NCBI GenBank assembly: GCA_963781035.1
Contig: CAWAEN010000002.1
Span: forward strand, 20,998 to 84,997
Length of the DNA: 64,000 bases
DNA from: an uncultured Acidimicrobiia bacterium
GTDB lineage: Bacteria > Actinomycetota > Acidimicrobiia > Acidimicrobiales > SZUA-35
Direction of reading: 5' to 3'
Both the position numbers and the translations under genes were made by a program. Below, one piece after another: positions 15,693 to 25,895 of this stretch; the first letter of the stretch is position 1; the number at the start of each line of letters is the position of its first letter. The notes beneath the pieces were generated by a model, which made no database searches, had not been told where the DNA came from, and saw nothing but the letters and a program-made list of their open reading frames with translations.

Positions 15693-15721
15693 GAAAGGGG
15701 AGGCGCCGAAGCGCCTCCCCT
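15693..15721 (-). terminator. intrinsic terminator after flp copy 1
   Basis: AGGGGAGGCGC-TTCG-GCGCCTCCCCT followed by T residues on the minus strand. Confidence 0.8.
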
Positions 15722-15753
15722 GCGAAACCAAGCGTCCGAACGGACGCTCAGAA

Positions 15754-15936
15754 TTAGTTGATGGCCGAGCTCACTTCGCTGAACTTCGACTCGGCGGACT
15801 CGCCGAGCAGGGTGACTGCAGCGATGCAGACAACAGCGATGAGGGCGACGAGCAGGGCGTACTCGACGAGGCTGGCGCCACGCTCGGTCTTGGCCTGAGC
15901 CGTCATCCAAGCGGAGAGGAATTCGAAGTGCAGCAT
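15754..15936 (-). CDS. flp: Flp family type IVb pilin, copy 1
   Basis: 60 aa; ERG|ASLVEYALL prepilin cleavage and Flp motif, followed by a hydrophobic helix. Confidence 0.95.
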   Translation of the reverse strand: MLHFEFLSAWMTAQAKTERGASLVEYALLVALIAVVCIAAVTLLGESAESKFSEVSSAIN

Positions 15937-15993
15937 GATGAAACTCCAAGTTTCGTTGATTGTTCGGACCCAGTGTTGGGCTTGACCCTCAGA

Positions 15994-16035
15994 CCTACGG
16001 CAGAACCGACACCCGACTGAATGGGTCGAACGAAC
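15994..16035 (-). promoter_or_regulatory. sigma28/WhiG-like promoter of flp copy 1
   Basis: GTTCGTTCGACCCAT-TCAG-N15-GCCGTAGG. Confidence 0.6.
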
Positions 16036-16077
16036 TCACGTCCACAGGCACACGAGCCCAGCAACAACGGCACAACG

Positions 16078-16106
16078 CAAAGGGGAGGCGCCGAAGCGCC
16101 TCCCCT
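16078..16106 (-). terminator. intrinsic terminator after flp copy 2
   Basis: same UUCG hairpin as copy 1, followed by TTTGCGTTGT. Confidence 0.8.
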
Positions 16107-16146
16107 GTCGACACCAAGCTTGGCGATCATCTCGATCGCAGGTGGA

Positions 16147-16329
16147 TCAGCCGATGGCCGAACTGACTTCGCTGAACTTCGACTCGGCGGACTCGCCGAG
16201 CAGGGTGACTGCAGCGATGCAGACAACAGCGATGAGGGCGACGAGCAGGGCGTACTCGACGAGGCTGGCGCCACGCTCGGTCTTGGCCTGAGCCGTCATC
16301 CAAGCGGAGAGGAATTCGAAGTGCAGCAT
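16147..16329 (-). CDS. flp: Flp family type IVb pilin, copy 2 (C-terminal Gly)
   Basis: protein identical to copy 1 except for the last residue (N to G); also synonymous changes in the final codons. Confidence 0.95.
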   Translation of the reverse strand: MLHFEFLSAWMTAQAKTERGASLVEYALLVALIAVVCIAAVTLLGESAESKFSEVSSAIG

Positions 16330-16388
16330 GATGAAACTCCAAGTTTCGTTGATTGTTCGGACCCAGGGTTGGGCTAGACCACGAGACG

Positions 16389-16430
16389 TCAACGGCGCAC
16401 CGGCCCCGGAGCTGAATGATCCGAACGAAC
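16389..16430 (-). promoter_or_regulatory. sigma28/WhiG-like promoter of flp copy 2
   Basis: GTTCGTTCGGATCAT-TCAG-N15-GCCGTTGA. Confidence 0.6.
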
Positions 16431-16486
16431 CAAGATCGGCTGTCCGGTGCCCGCTCGATCGGCGCTGCTCAAGAACAGCACAACGC

Positions 16487-16513
16487 AAAGGGAGGCGCCG
16501 AAGCGCCTCCCCT
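16487..16513 (-). terminator. intrinsic terminator after flp copy 3
   Basis: same UUCG hairpin, followed by TTTGCGTTGT. Confidence 0.8.
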
Positions 16514-16545
16514 GCGAAACCAAGCGTCCGAACGGACGCTCAGAA

Positions 16546-16728
16546 TTAGTTGATGGCCGAGCTCACTTCGCTGAACTTCGACTCGGCGGACTCGCCGAGC
16601 AGGGTGACTGCAGCGATGCAGACAACAGCGATGAGGGCGACGAGCAGGGCGTACTCGACGAGGCTGGCGCCACGCTCGGTCTTGGCCTGAGCCGTCATCC
16701 AAGCGGAGAGGAATTCGAAGTGCAGCAT
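16546..16728 (-). CDS. flp: Flp family type IVb pilin, copy 3
   Basis: protein identical to copy 1. Confidence 0.95.
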   Translation of the reverse strand: MLHFEFLSAWMTAQAKTERGASLVEYALLVALIAVVCIAAVTLLGESAESKFSEVSSAIN

Positions 16729-16783
16729 GATGAAACTCCAAGTTTCGTTAATTGTTCGGACCCGCAAACCGGGCTTGGTTTCC

Positions 16784-16825
16784 TCAACGGCACGAGGCCG
16801 TCTGTTCTCAATGGGCCAAACGGCC
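16784..16825 (-). promoter_or_regulatory. sigma28/WhiG-like promoter of flp copy 3
   Basis: GGCCGTTTGGCCCAT-TGAG-N15-GCCGTTGA. Confidence 0.55.
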
Positions 16826-16865
16826 CTTCGACCCACACGGGCCGCATTTCCGACCCGCACGGGGC

Positions 16866-17574
16866 TCAGTTCAGAGTGACGATTCCCATTCGAACGGCCT
16901 GGAGCACCGCTTGGGTTCGGTCACGAGCATCGAGCTTCTGATAGATCGAAGCGAGATGGTTCTTCACCGTCTTCTGGCTGATGTAGAGGCGTTCCGCCAC
17001 TTCCGGCGTCGAGCAGCCGTCTGCGATGTGCTGCAGCACCTCTTCTTCACGCTTGGTGATGATGCGGGTCTGCTCGGCCTGATCTTCCTGGCGGCGAACC
17101 TCGGCCAGCATCGAGGCTGCCAGTCGGGGTGACAGATGCTGTCTCCCCGCCGGCAACCGTCTCGATGGCCGAAGCGATCTCGTCGGTCGAGCAGTCCTTG
17201 ACCAGATACCCGTTGGCCCCGGCCCGGATGGCGTCTGCCAACACGTCCTGGTCGGCGTGCATCGTCAGCATGACGATACGAACGTCCGACTGTCGCTCGC
17301 GGATCTGACGGGTCGCCTCGACACCGTCGATCTCGGGCATCGAGACGTCCATGAGAATCACGTCTGGTCGCAGCGAGGCGGCGAGCTCGACTGCCTCTGC
17401 ACCGTCGCGGGCCTCACCGATGACGTCGAATCCACGTTCGATCATCGATCGACGAAGGCCCTCCCTGAGCATCTTGTGGTCGTCGGCGAGCAGCAAGCGA
17501 ATCGGAGCGGGATCGCTCCGTTTCGCCGGGCTCGTCGTCAAACGTGGTTGGGTCAGTCCTGTTCGAGGCTGCAC
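16866..17574 (-). CDS. NarL/LuxR-family response regulator (frameshift ~17140)
   Basis: REC domain (LADDH, LMDVSMP, YLVKD) plus LuxR HTH (TKREEEVL..ISQKTVKNHLASIYQKL). Confidence 0.92.
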
Positions 17575-19394
17575 CGGACTTTTGTCCCTTCTCCAGGCGA
17601 TGAGGTCAGATCAAAGGAAGCGCCGATACTCGACGCTCGCTCTCGCATGCCGAGCACCCCGAAGGAATCGGGCCGCCCGGCCGAGGCCGAGAATCCTTTT
17701 CCGTTGTCGGTGATTTCGAGCATTGCGTGTGTCCCATCGCAGCTCCACGAGACCGTTGCCCGCGAAGCGTGTGCATGCCGTTCGACATTCACGAGCGCTT
17801 CTTGAGCAATTCGCCACATTTCTCGCTCCTGCAATATGGGCAATCGGGACCCCTTGTCGCAGTCCAGATCGATCTCCAGGGCGGCACGCTCGGACAAGCG
17901 AGCAGCGAATTCGGAGACGACGGAGGCGAAATCGCGGGTCTCGTCGACGTCGGTACGGAGGTCGTAGAGGGTGTCGCGCACCTCGGACACGACGTTCCGC
18001 AAATCAGATCGCAACTGTCGGAGATCGTCGCCCACGTCTTCGGCGCCTTCGTGACGCCGCACGACCCGGTCGAGCTCGAAACCGAGATATGCCAACGACT
18101 GACCGATCCGGTCGTGCAGGTCGCGGGCAATACGTGTGCGCTCTTCGTCAGCCCCAACCGTGCGAAGTCGAGCGAACCATCTGGCGTTGTCGATCGCGAG
18201 CGCGACCGGATCCACGAAGCTGGCGAGCACCTCACGATCACGTTCATCGAACCGGCCCGCCTCGCGATGCTCGATCGCGACGAGCCCCACCAGACTGCCG
18301 CGGGCCATCAGCGGCGCATAGAGGGCTGACTTCGACGACGGTCGGAGGAACTGTCCGGCCGACTCGAAGTTCTCGTCGCGTCCCGTGTCAACGAGGACGA
18401 CCTGGGTGAGCAGGACAGCCGAGCGGACGGCGGGAGGAAGATCGCTCAAGGCCACGTCGTGGGGAACCGGAAGTCCCGCCCGTTTGGCCACCGTCCAGCT
18501 GCCATCGGATTCCTCGACGGTGAAGATGACGGCTCCGTCGTTGAAGAACAGGTTCCGCAACCGCACGATCGTCGACTCGAGCACCTCCTCGAGATCGAGT
18601 GACGCCGGCAGGGTCTGTGCCACACGGTGCAGGTTGAAGAGCAGGGCATTGGCGTCGGCGAGTTGCGTCAACCGGTCGAGGGCGATCGTGGTCTGGCGAT
18701 TGGCTTCTCCGGAGATTCGCCTGCCGTAGCCGGCAACGACGCCGACGAGGAGGAGCACGACGGTCCACTGGGCCGAGAGCCCCCATGCCTCGGGAGTCCA
18801 ACCCGCGGCGTCGAGCGTCGGAATCGACACCGCGACTGCCGATGCCACACCGATGCGAACGCCAAAGCCGAAACCTCGAGCGAATCCACCGATGATGATG
18901 GCGGTGACCAGGGAGAACACCAGAGGTGATGCCCAGTAGCCGGTTGCCGCAAGGACGAGGACGTGCAGACCGACCTCGAAGAGAAGCGGGATCAGTCCGC
19001 GTGCCGTCGCCACGTAGCGAAGGGGCGCAAGTGTGCGGAAGGCGGTGTTGCAGATGACGACTGCCACCCACGGAACAACGGAGAGGTCTGCGCTGGCAAA
19101 CGCGCCGAGGGCGAGCGTGAGCGACACCATCGTGGTCGCCCATCGCACCGCCAGGATCGCCGGAGCGTACGGCGTGAGGAGATCGTCGTCCCGAGACGGC
19201 CGACTCCACTGATCGAGCGACGATGACGTGGACGCGCCTCGACCGATTGCCGGCGCGGCGGCGACGGCGGGAGATTGGCGGCGAGGGGCGGTGTTGGTCG
19301 GCACGAGATTCAGGTGATCGGCGGCGACGGCAGTGCTGCCGTCTCCCCTACGACCATCGGTCGATCGGCCGCTGGATTGAGCCGTACGGCCCAA
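17553..19394 (-). CDS. membrane sensor histidine kinase, GAF + HisKA_3 (start uncertain)
   Basis: about 6 TMs, GAF domain, EERTRIARDLHD, QEALVNVERHA, DNGKGF, GVLGMRER. Confidence 0.92.
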   Translation of the reverse strand: MGRTAQSSGRSTDGRRGDGSTAVAADHLNLVPTNTAPRRQSPAVAAAPAIGRGASTSSSLDQWSRPSRDDDLLTPYAPAILAVRWATTMVSLTLALGAFASADLSVVPWVAVVICNTAFRTLAPLRYVATARGLIPLLFEVGLHVLVLAATGYWASPLVFSLVTAIIIGGFARGFGFGVRIGVASAVAVSIPTLDAAGWTPEAWGLSAQWTVVLLLVGVVAGYGRRISGEANRQTTIALDRLTQLADANALLFNLHRVAQTLPASLDLEEVLESTIVRLRNLFFNDGAVIFTVEESDGSWTVAKRAGLPVPHDVALSDLPPAVRSAVLLTQVVLVDTGRDENFESAGQFLRPSSKSALYAPLMARGSLVGLVAIEHREAGRFDERDREVLASFVDPVALAIDNARWFARLRTVGADEERTRIARDLHDRIGQSLAYLGFELDRVVRRHEGAEDVGDDLRQLRSDLRNVVSEVRDTLYDLRTDVDETRDFASVVSEFAARLSERAALEIDLDCDKGSRLPILQEREMWRIAQEALVNVERHAHASRATVSWSCDGTHAMLEITDNGKGFSASAGRPDSFGVLGMRERASSIGASFDLTSSPGEGTKVRCSLEQD

Positions 19395-19411
19395 GTGGCT
19401 ACCTTCGCCGG

Positions 19412-20059
19412 ATGCGACTCATCGGCCTCACGGGCGGTATCGGTTCAGGAAAGTCATCGGTGTCCGGCCGTCTCGCCCAACGAGGCGCCGCGCTCATCGA
19501 CGCCGATGCGATCGTGCGAGAGCTCCAGCGACCCGGCGAGGCCGTGTTCGAAGCCATGGTCGGGCGTTGGGGCGACGGCATCGTCGCTCAGGACGGCACA
19601 CTCGATCGAGCGGCAGTCGCCGGCATCGTGTTCAGCGACAAGGACGAGCTCGAGGCCATCGAGAAGATCGTCCACCCCGTTCTGCGCAAGGAGATGGACA
19701 ACCGCATCGAGGCACTCGCATCCACTGAACAGACCGTGATCCTCGACATCCCACTTCTCGCCGAGAGCCGCTCCAAGGACGGAGCGCTCGACGCCAGAGG
19801 TACGTCGGCGGTCATCGTGGTCGATTGCCCCATCGACGTCGCCGTGTCACGGCTGATCGAGCACCGAGGGTTCGACGAAGCAGACGCCAAGGCCCGCGTC
19901 GCGGCCCAGGCCACGCGAGAGGAACGCCGCGAACTCGCCGACTTCGTCGTCGACAACAGCGGCGACGAAGACGCGCTCGACGCCGAGGTCGACCGGTGCT
20001 GGCACTGGCTCCAGACGCTCGAACCGACACCATGGCCTCCGCCGAAACACGAGACCTGA
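19412..20059 (+). CDS. coaE: dephospho-CoA kinase
   Basis: IGLTGGIGSGKS, IDAD, LDRAAVAGIVF, IVHP. Confidence 0.95.
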   Translation: MRLIGLTGGIGSGKSSVSGRLAQRGAALIDADAIVRELQRPGEAVFEAMVGRWGDGIVAQDGTLDRAAVAGIVFSDKDELEAIEKIVHPVLRKEMDNRIEALASTEQTVILDIPLLAESRSKDGALDARGTSAVIVVDCPIDVAVSRLIEHRGFDEADAKARVAAQATREERRELADFVVDNSGDEDALDAEVDRCWHWLQTLEPTPWPPPKHET

Positions 20060-20074
20060 ACGACCTCGCCGGTC

Positions 20075-21583
20075 TCAGCGATCCTCGGGAAGCGGACTTT
20101 CCGGCAGAGCGACGATCCAGCCCTCGGACTCGAACTCGACACTCCATCCGCTGTCGTCTTCGCGGATCCAGTCGGCGAATCGACCGCTCGCCTCCCACAG
20201 CACCACATCGGCGTCGTAGCGATCGAGGATCTCGGAGAACTCACCGCCGAAGTACAGGTCGGCATGGTCGTCGATGACAGCTTGCGGGTACATGTCGTAG
20301 CGGTCGTCGATGAACACGCGGGCGCGCTGACCGAAGCGGAGCTCGAGGTAGTTGCCGGTGGTGTCGCGATGCACGAGATTGATGTCGTCCTGAGCGACGA
20401 GCCCACGTTCCTCGAGCCAGTCGACCTCGAGAACCGGATACTTCTCGTAGTCGATTCCGGGAGTGATCACCGCGAACACGGCGACAAGCCCGAACACGGC
20501 CAACGACGTCACTGCGACGGCTCGGCCGGCAAGACCCTTGACCCGCCCGTCGAGCGTTCCCGGAATGGCTCCGAGTCCGGGAGCGGCGCCGGCCACCAAC
20601 ACCACGACCGCAGGGTTGATGTTGCGGACGGCGAGGAGCCCGGTGACAAAGAAGCCGAACGCAGGCAACAGATGGCGCCAGTTGCCGCCCAGTTTGGCCG
20701 AGGCCAGTAGGGCAAAGGCCAACATCACGAAGGCCCACTCGCTGGGACGATCGAAATCGGGTGGGCGCCACTCGGCCACGTCAGCGAGTGCTTCTTGGCG
20801 GGACAGCAGTTCGAACGGGAACACGAGCAGTCGAAAGCCAAGTGGATTCAGGGCACCGAGCAACGTGGCACCGGTGAGCCAACCGGCCGCGTGAAGATCA
20901 CGGCGGCGGAATCGTTTCGCGTCGATCAGGTGGCCGAGACCGGCCGCGCCCAGGTAGACGAAGGCGAGGGGGAACGAGCCGTGGGTGTTGACCCAGAGCC
21001 ACATCGTGGGAATGAGAAGCCACAGGGGTCGCCGATCGTTCTCGACGATCTCGATCACGAAGGCCAGCCCGAGCAGGCCGAAGACCAAGGGCCGAGGCGA
21101 CCACATCAGTGTGCCGACGGTGAGCGCGAGACCAACGAGAGCGACTCGGGGCAAGAGGGTCTTCGAGGTGTTCGTGAGACGCCAGAGCGATCCGATCAGC
21201 GCAGCGATCAGCAGTCCGTTGGCGACACGGAGGGCACCGAGACCGGCGACCTCGTAGATGCTGCGGTACCAGATGGTCGCGAACCAGCTCTGGACCGTCC
21301 ACGGCTCGCCGGTCGCCGTATAGGAGAACACGTCGGCCGTCGGTACCGACCCCGTGTCGAGCACGAGGTTGCCGGTGGCCAGGTGCGTGAAGAAGCTGTT
21401 GTCGGTGATCGTGCGACTTCCGATGAGGAAACCGACCGTCGCCAGCAACCATCCGATCGATCGTTCGAGCGTCGGCCCCGACCCTTCTGCAGGCGAAGCG
21501 TCAGAGCGCGGTATTGCCGCTCCGACACGGGGCCGACTCGGGGCGGAAGACCGTCGGCGTGCGGGCGCCGCCTGTGCTCCCAT
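20075..21583 (-). CDS. polytopic membrane protein, GT-C-like, directly downstream of tadC
   Basis: DNSFFTHLATG..VPTADVFSY..W..QSW, RPLVF, WLWVNTHGSF, LNPLG and EW motifs; C-terminal VFIDDRYDMY domain. Confidence 0.7.
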   Translation of the reverse strand: MGAQAAPARRRSSAPSRPRVGAAIPRSDASPAEGSGPTLERSIGWLLATVGFLIGSRTITDNSFFTHLATGNLVLDTGSVPTADVFSYTATGEPWTVQSWFATIWYRSIYEVAGLGALRVANGLLIAALIGSLWRLTNTSKTLLPRVALVGLALTVGTLMWSPRPLVFGLLGLAFVIEIVENDRRPLWLLIPTMWLWVNTHGSFPLAFVYLGAAGLGHLIDAKRFRRRDLHAAGWLTGATLLGALNPLGFRLLVFPFELLSRQEALADVAEWRPPDFDRPSEWAFVMLAFALLASAKLGGNWRHLLPAFGFFVTGLLAVRNINPAVVVLVAGAAPGLGAIPGTLDGRVKGLAGRAVAVTSLAVFGLVAVFAVITPGIDYEKYPVLEVDWLEERGLVAQDDINLVHRDTTGNYLELRFGQRARVFIDDRYDMYPQAVIDDHADLYFGGEFSEILDRYDADVVLWEASGRFADWIREDDSGWSVEFESEGWIVALPESPLPEDR

Positions 21584-21588
21584 GAGTT

Positions 21589-22530
21589 CTAGAAGTTCTG
21601 GATGATGTTGATGACAGCGGGACCGATGACGACCACGAAGAGGGCGGGGAAGATACAGAACACCATGGGGATCATCATCTTCACCGGCGCCTTCTGCGCC
21701 TGCTCCTGAGCCCGCTGACGACGCTTCACACGAAGCTCGTCGGCCTGACTTCGCAGGACTCGGCCGATGCTCACACCGAACGTGTCGGCCTGGATCATCG
21801 CCATCACGAAGGATCGGATCTCGGGTGTGTCGCAACGCTTGTCCATCGCTCGAAGCGCGTCCGAGCGGCTGGATCCGGCCCGGCTCTCACCAAGCACTCG
21901 GGAGAACTCGTTGGAGAGCTCACCCGGCACGTTGGCGATGACTCGATCGAGCGCCTGTTCGAAGCCAAGGCCCGCCTCGACCGAGATCACCAGGAGGTCC
22001 ATCACGTCGGGAAGTGAGCGCTGGATCGACTTCTGACGGGCGTCGACCTTCTTGTTCAGCTGCGAGGTCGGACCGAGGGCGCCAATCATGACGCCGAGCC
22101 CGAGCATCCCCCAGAACAACAGACCGCTCACTCCCAGGGGGTTGAAGACGAACATGACGATCATCCACACCGGGATGAACACGAAGCCGATGATGCGTTG
22201 GGCGAGGAACCGCTCGACCTTGTCCGGGCTGTAGATGCCGGCCTGGACGTGCTTGCGACGAACTGACTCGACGTAGTCCGGCGGATTGAACCGGCCACCG
22301 AAGCGACTCAGCAAGTCGACGGCAGGACCGACGACACGCTCGCGGAGCGGAATGAGCAGCTCCTGGTCGCGTACGCTCTCGACCTCGTAGTCGTCGAGTT
22401 GACGGAGCGAGCTCCGAATGGCCGACTTCTCCTCGACCTGCGACAGGATGGTGAAGAGCACCAGCCCGACGCCGACCGCAAAGGCAGCGACATAGCCCAC
22501 GGTGGGGACACTTGAAAGAAGATCAAACAT
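21589..22530 (-). CDS. tadC: Tad pilus assembly protein TadC (T2SSF domain)
   Basis: LPDVMDLLVISVEAGLGFEQAL, QADTFGVSI, KAPVKMMIPMVFCIFP. Confidence 0.93.
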   Translation of the reverse strand: MFDLLSSVPTVGYVAAFAVGVGLVLFTILSQVEEKSAIRSSLRQLDDYEVESVRDQELLIPLRERVVGPAVDLLSRFGGRFNPPDYVESVRRKHVQAGIYSPDKVERFLAQRIIGFVFIPVWMIVMFVFNPLGVSGLLFWGMLGLGVMIGALGPTSQLNKKVDARQKSIQRSLPDVMDLLVISVEAGLGFEQALDRVIANVPGELSNEFSRVLGESRAGSSRSDALRAMDKRCDTPEIRSFVMAMIQADTFGVSIGRVLRSQADELRVKRRQRAQEQAQKAPVKMMIPMVFCIFPALFVVVIGPAVINIIQNF

Positions 22531-24490
22531 CGATCGTGATCACTTTCTTCATCCAGACGAGTCCGATGATGGAGGACACGATGCCGAGACCGAGGAACAC
22601 GTTTCCGAGGAACTCGACAAAGAGCTGATTGATGTATTCGGGGTTCATGATCCACATCACGAGTCCGAGGCCGGGAGGGAGACCACCGAGCAGAATGGCG
22701 GACATCTTGCCCTCAGCGGTGAGCGTGGCGATCTCGCCCTTGAGCCGTTCGCGCTGCACCATCGTGTCCGACACGGTCATGAGCAGCTCGTTCAAGTTGC
22801 CGCCCACCTCACGTTGGATGCTGATGGCCATCACGGCCCAGGCGAAGTCGGGGCTGCTCGAGACGTTCGGCAGCTGCGGCGAGAGCTTCTTCGAGCTCGC
22901 GGCCGAGGCGGGCCTCGGTCATCACCCGGGTCAGTTCGTACCCCATGGGCTCGGCCGACTCCTTCGACACGGCCTCGAGGCCCTGGGGAAGCGAGTAGCC
23001 GGCTCGGAGAGTACCGGCGAGCAGCTGGAGGGTGTCCGGCAGCTGCTTTTCGAACTTGCGCATGCGCCTTCTGGCCATGAAACGAACGGAGAGAATCATC
23101 ATCACCCCGGTCAACGAAGGCCGAGGATCACGCCGCCGAGGATTCCACCGAGGAAGACGAAGCCGAGGACGAGCGAGAAGAAGATCGACGCCATCCAGAA
23201 TGACATCGCCTCGCCGGGCCGGAGCGGGAGCTTGGCCCGCTCGAGCAGTTCTTCGATCTTGAGCAGGAAGCCGCGATCCTCAGCGAAGGTCTCGGACATC
23301 TCGACCGCTCGCTGGACGAGCGCCGTCTGAACGATGTTGGACTCTTCCTCGGCCAGATCCTCGCCGCCGGTTGCGTACCGGGCGATGAGGCCGTCGAGCG
23401 TGCTCTCGCCGCTGGCGAAGATGGATCCCATCATGAAGATCGTGAGACCGATGCCGAGGAAGGCCATCAGCATCGTGACGTAGAAGCCGGTCCGGCTCTC
23501 GAAGAACCCGAAAGCCCCGGTCGTGTTGGCGTCGAGGGACGGTTCGAGTGCAAGCGCACGAATGGTCAGCTCGGCACCGTCGTAGGAGATCGACGCGAGC
23601 TCGCAGAGCCGACCTGGAGGGTCAGGTCGCCTCGAGCGTCAGCCTCCGACTGGCCGGCGAAACGAACCACGTAGCGGTCGGATGCTGCTGTGACAGCCGT
23701 CTCGACCGCAGGAGCGACCTCGGAGACCGACGTGACGTCGAACGACAGACCGCCGGTGACATCGACAACACGGTCGAACAACGGCTCACCGCCGTTGAAG
23801 TTCACCGTCAGCAACTGGCCGCCACGACGGATCAAGCCACCTTGGCCTGCGCCGACGCCGGCGTTCGAGCCGACATCGAGGCCGCCGGAGAAGAGCGACG
23901 ACCGACTGGATGGAGGTGGCAATGCCGCCGATCTCCGGCTCGGACAACATGGCAACGGCCTTGTCGACACCGTCGATGACCTTGCCACCCTCGGAGAAGT
24001 CGATCGCCAACACTTCGAGGGCCGCCGCCTCACGATCAGTGGTCATCGGGACGACGATGATGGCCGACGTGGCCGCATCGACCACTCCGACGGAGGTGCC
24101 GGACGGAAGTCCGCGGATCTCAGCAGCAAGCGCCGCCTTCATCTCGCCGAGAACGTCGTTCTTGCGGAGACGCTGGCTCGTGTCGAGAACGAACACGATC
24201 TCGCGATCCAGATTGATCGCACCGAGGGTGGCGAGCTGTGCGTCCTTGTCGTCGCCGTTCTCCTTGATCTGGACCGACGTCGCCGAGTAGTCGTCGGAGA
24301 TCGCGATGAGCTCGGTCGTCTCGGATCGGGCATCAGCCCGATGAATGACGAGCTGGCTCGGTCCATCGGCTTCCTGCGCCGAGACGGCCGGAAGCATCCC
24401 GAACACCACGGCGAACACCGCAGCGAAGACCGCAACCAGCTGTCGCAGCGAGACCGACACATCGGGGCGGAATTTGGAACCAGCAGTCAT
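22523..24490 (-). CDS. tadB: Tad pilus assembly protein TadB with N-terminal signal peptide and VWA-like domain (frameshifted)
   Basis: IVFVLDTS VWA start; FEKQLPDTLQLLAGTLRAGYSL and IQREVGGNL T2SSF motifs. Confidence 0.88.
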
Positions 24491-25872
24491 CGTCGTCCTC
24501 GATCATCGGCACCGCCGTCGCCCTGAGTCGCGCTGAACATCTCCGGACCGAGCCGGATGCCGTGGTCGGCGAGCTTCTCGGCGAACTTCGGGCGAACACC
24601 GGTGGGCTTGAGCTGTCCCTTGAAGCGACCGTGCTCGTCGACACCGGCGCGAGTAGTCGAACAGGAAGACGTCCTGGAGGGTGATGACGTCACCCTCCAT
24701 GCCCTGCGACCTCGGTGATGTGGGTGATGCGGCGGGAGCCGTCACGCAGACGCTGGAGCTGCACGATCAGGTCGACCGCGGACGCGATCTGCTCGCGGAT
24801 GGCTCGGACCGGCAGGTCGAAGCCGGCCATGAGCACCAGGGTCTCGAGACGGCTGAGCGTGTCTCGGGGGTTGTTGGCGTGAAGCGTGGTGAGCGAGCCG
24901 TCGTGGCCGGTGTTCATGGCCTGGAGCATGTCGAGGGCCTCGCCGGAACGGCACTCGCCGACCACGATGCGGTCGGGGCGCATACGCAGGGTGTTCTTCA
25001 CCAGGTCACGAATGCGTGACCTCGCCCTTGCCTTCGATGTTCGGCGGACGGGTCTCGAGCGAGAGCACGTGGTCCTGGTGGAGCTGGAGCTCCTTGGCGT
25101 CCTCGACGGTGACGATGCGCTCGTCGGCGGGGATGAACGACGACAGCACGTTGAGCGTGGTGGTCTTACCGGTACCGGTACCACCGGAGACGATGACGTT
25201 GAGCTTGCCGACGACGCAGGCCTGGAGGAAGCGGGCCGCATGGACGCTGAGCGTGCCGAAGCGGATGAGGTCGTCGATCCGGAGCGGATCAGTCGAGAAC
25301 TTACGGATGGTGAGGAAGGGACCGCCGACGGAGAGCGGGCTGATGACGGCGTTCACACGGGAACCGTCGGGAAGTCGGGCGTCACACATCGGCGATGGAC
25401 TCGTCGATGCGTCGACCGACCTGGGCGACGATCTTGTCGATGATGCGACGGAGGTGGGTCTCGTCGACGAAGGTGACGTCGTCCGTTCGAGCTTGCCGGC
25501 GCGCTCGACGTAGATCTGCTTCGGACCGTTGCACATGATTTCGCTGACACGTCCTCGTCTCGCAGGAGCTTGTCGATCGGGCCGTAGCCGAGGATGTCGT
25601 CGGAGACGTCCTGGATGAGCTGGGCCTTGTCGGCGGCCGACAGCGGCGCCCGCTCCTGGGCCAGCGCCGCGTGGAGCTGACTCGTGCACCCGCTTGCGAA
25701 GCTCGTCTTCGCTCATACGGCGTGTCGTAGAGGATCGGACCGAGTTCCTCGATCAGGATGCCGTGGATACGGTGCCGGATCTGGTCGATGGCGGGTTCGT
25801 TGCGCCCCGCGTTCAGCCTCGGGTCTTGCCCGGTGTCTCCACCGGCTTCATTCAAACGTCGTACAGCGACAT
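24487..25872 (-). CDS. cpaF: CpaF/TadA pilus assembly ATPase (frameshifted)
   Basis: [53 protein letters not shown]. Confidence 0.95.
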
Positions 25873-25895
25873 GTGCCCAGCTCCTCAAGACCTTC

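Larger units (their letters stand above)
15693..16825 (-). repeat. tandem array of three flp transcription units (periods 393 and 399 bp)
   Basis: CDS, proximal UTR and terminator are near-identical; the sequence between terminator and UTR is diverged. Confidence 0.95.

Noticed and set aside
15937-15985. Pilin UTR double hairpin as a target of the nearby ANTAR regulator
   Set aside because: The loops do not match the ANTAR hexaloop pattern (A at position 1, G at position 4).
15958-15985. TCAAG...TCCGAACAA as the pilin sigma28 promoter
   Set aside because: The spacing is short and varies between copies; the upstream TCAG-N15-GCCGT motif fits better, with invariant spacing.
15693-16825. Repeat array as CRISPR or assembly duplication
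   Set aside because: The repeats are ~250-bp pilin-coding units and no cas genes are present. The diverged spacers keep promoter motifs, which argues for real paralogs.
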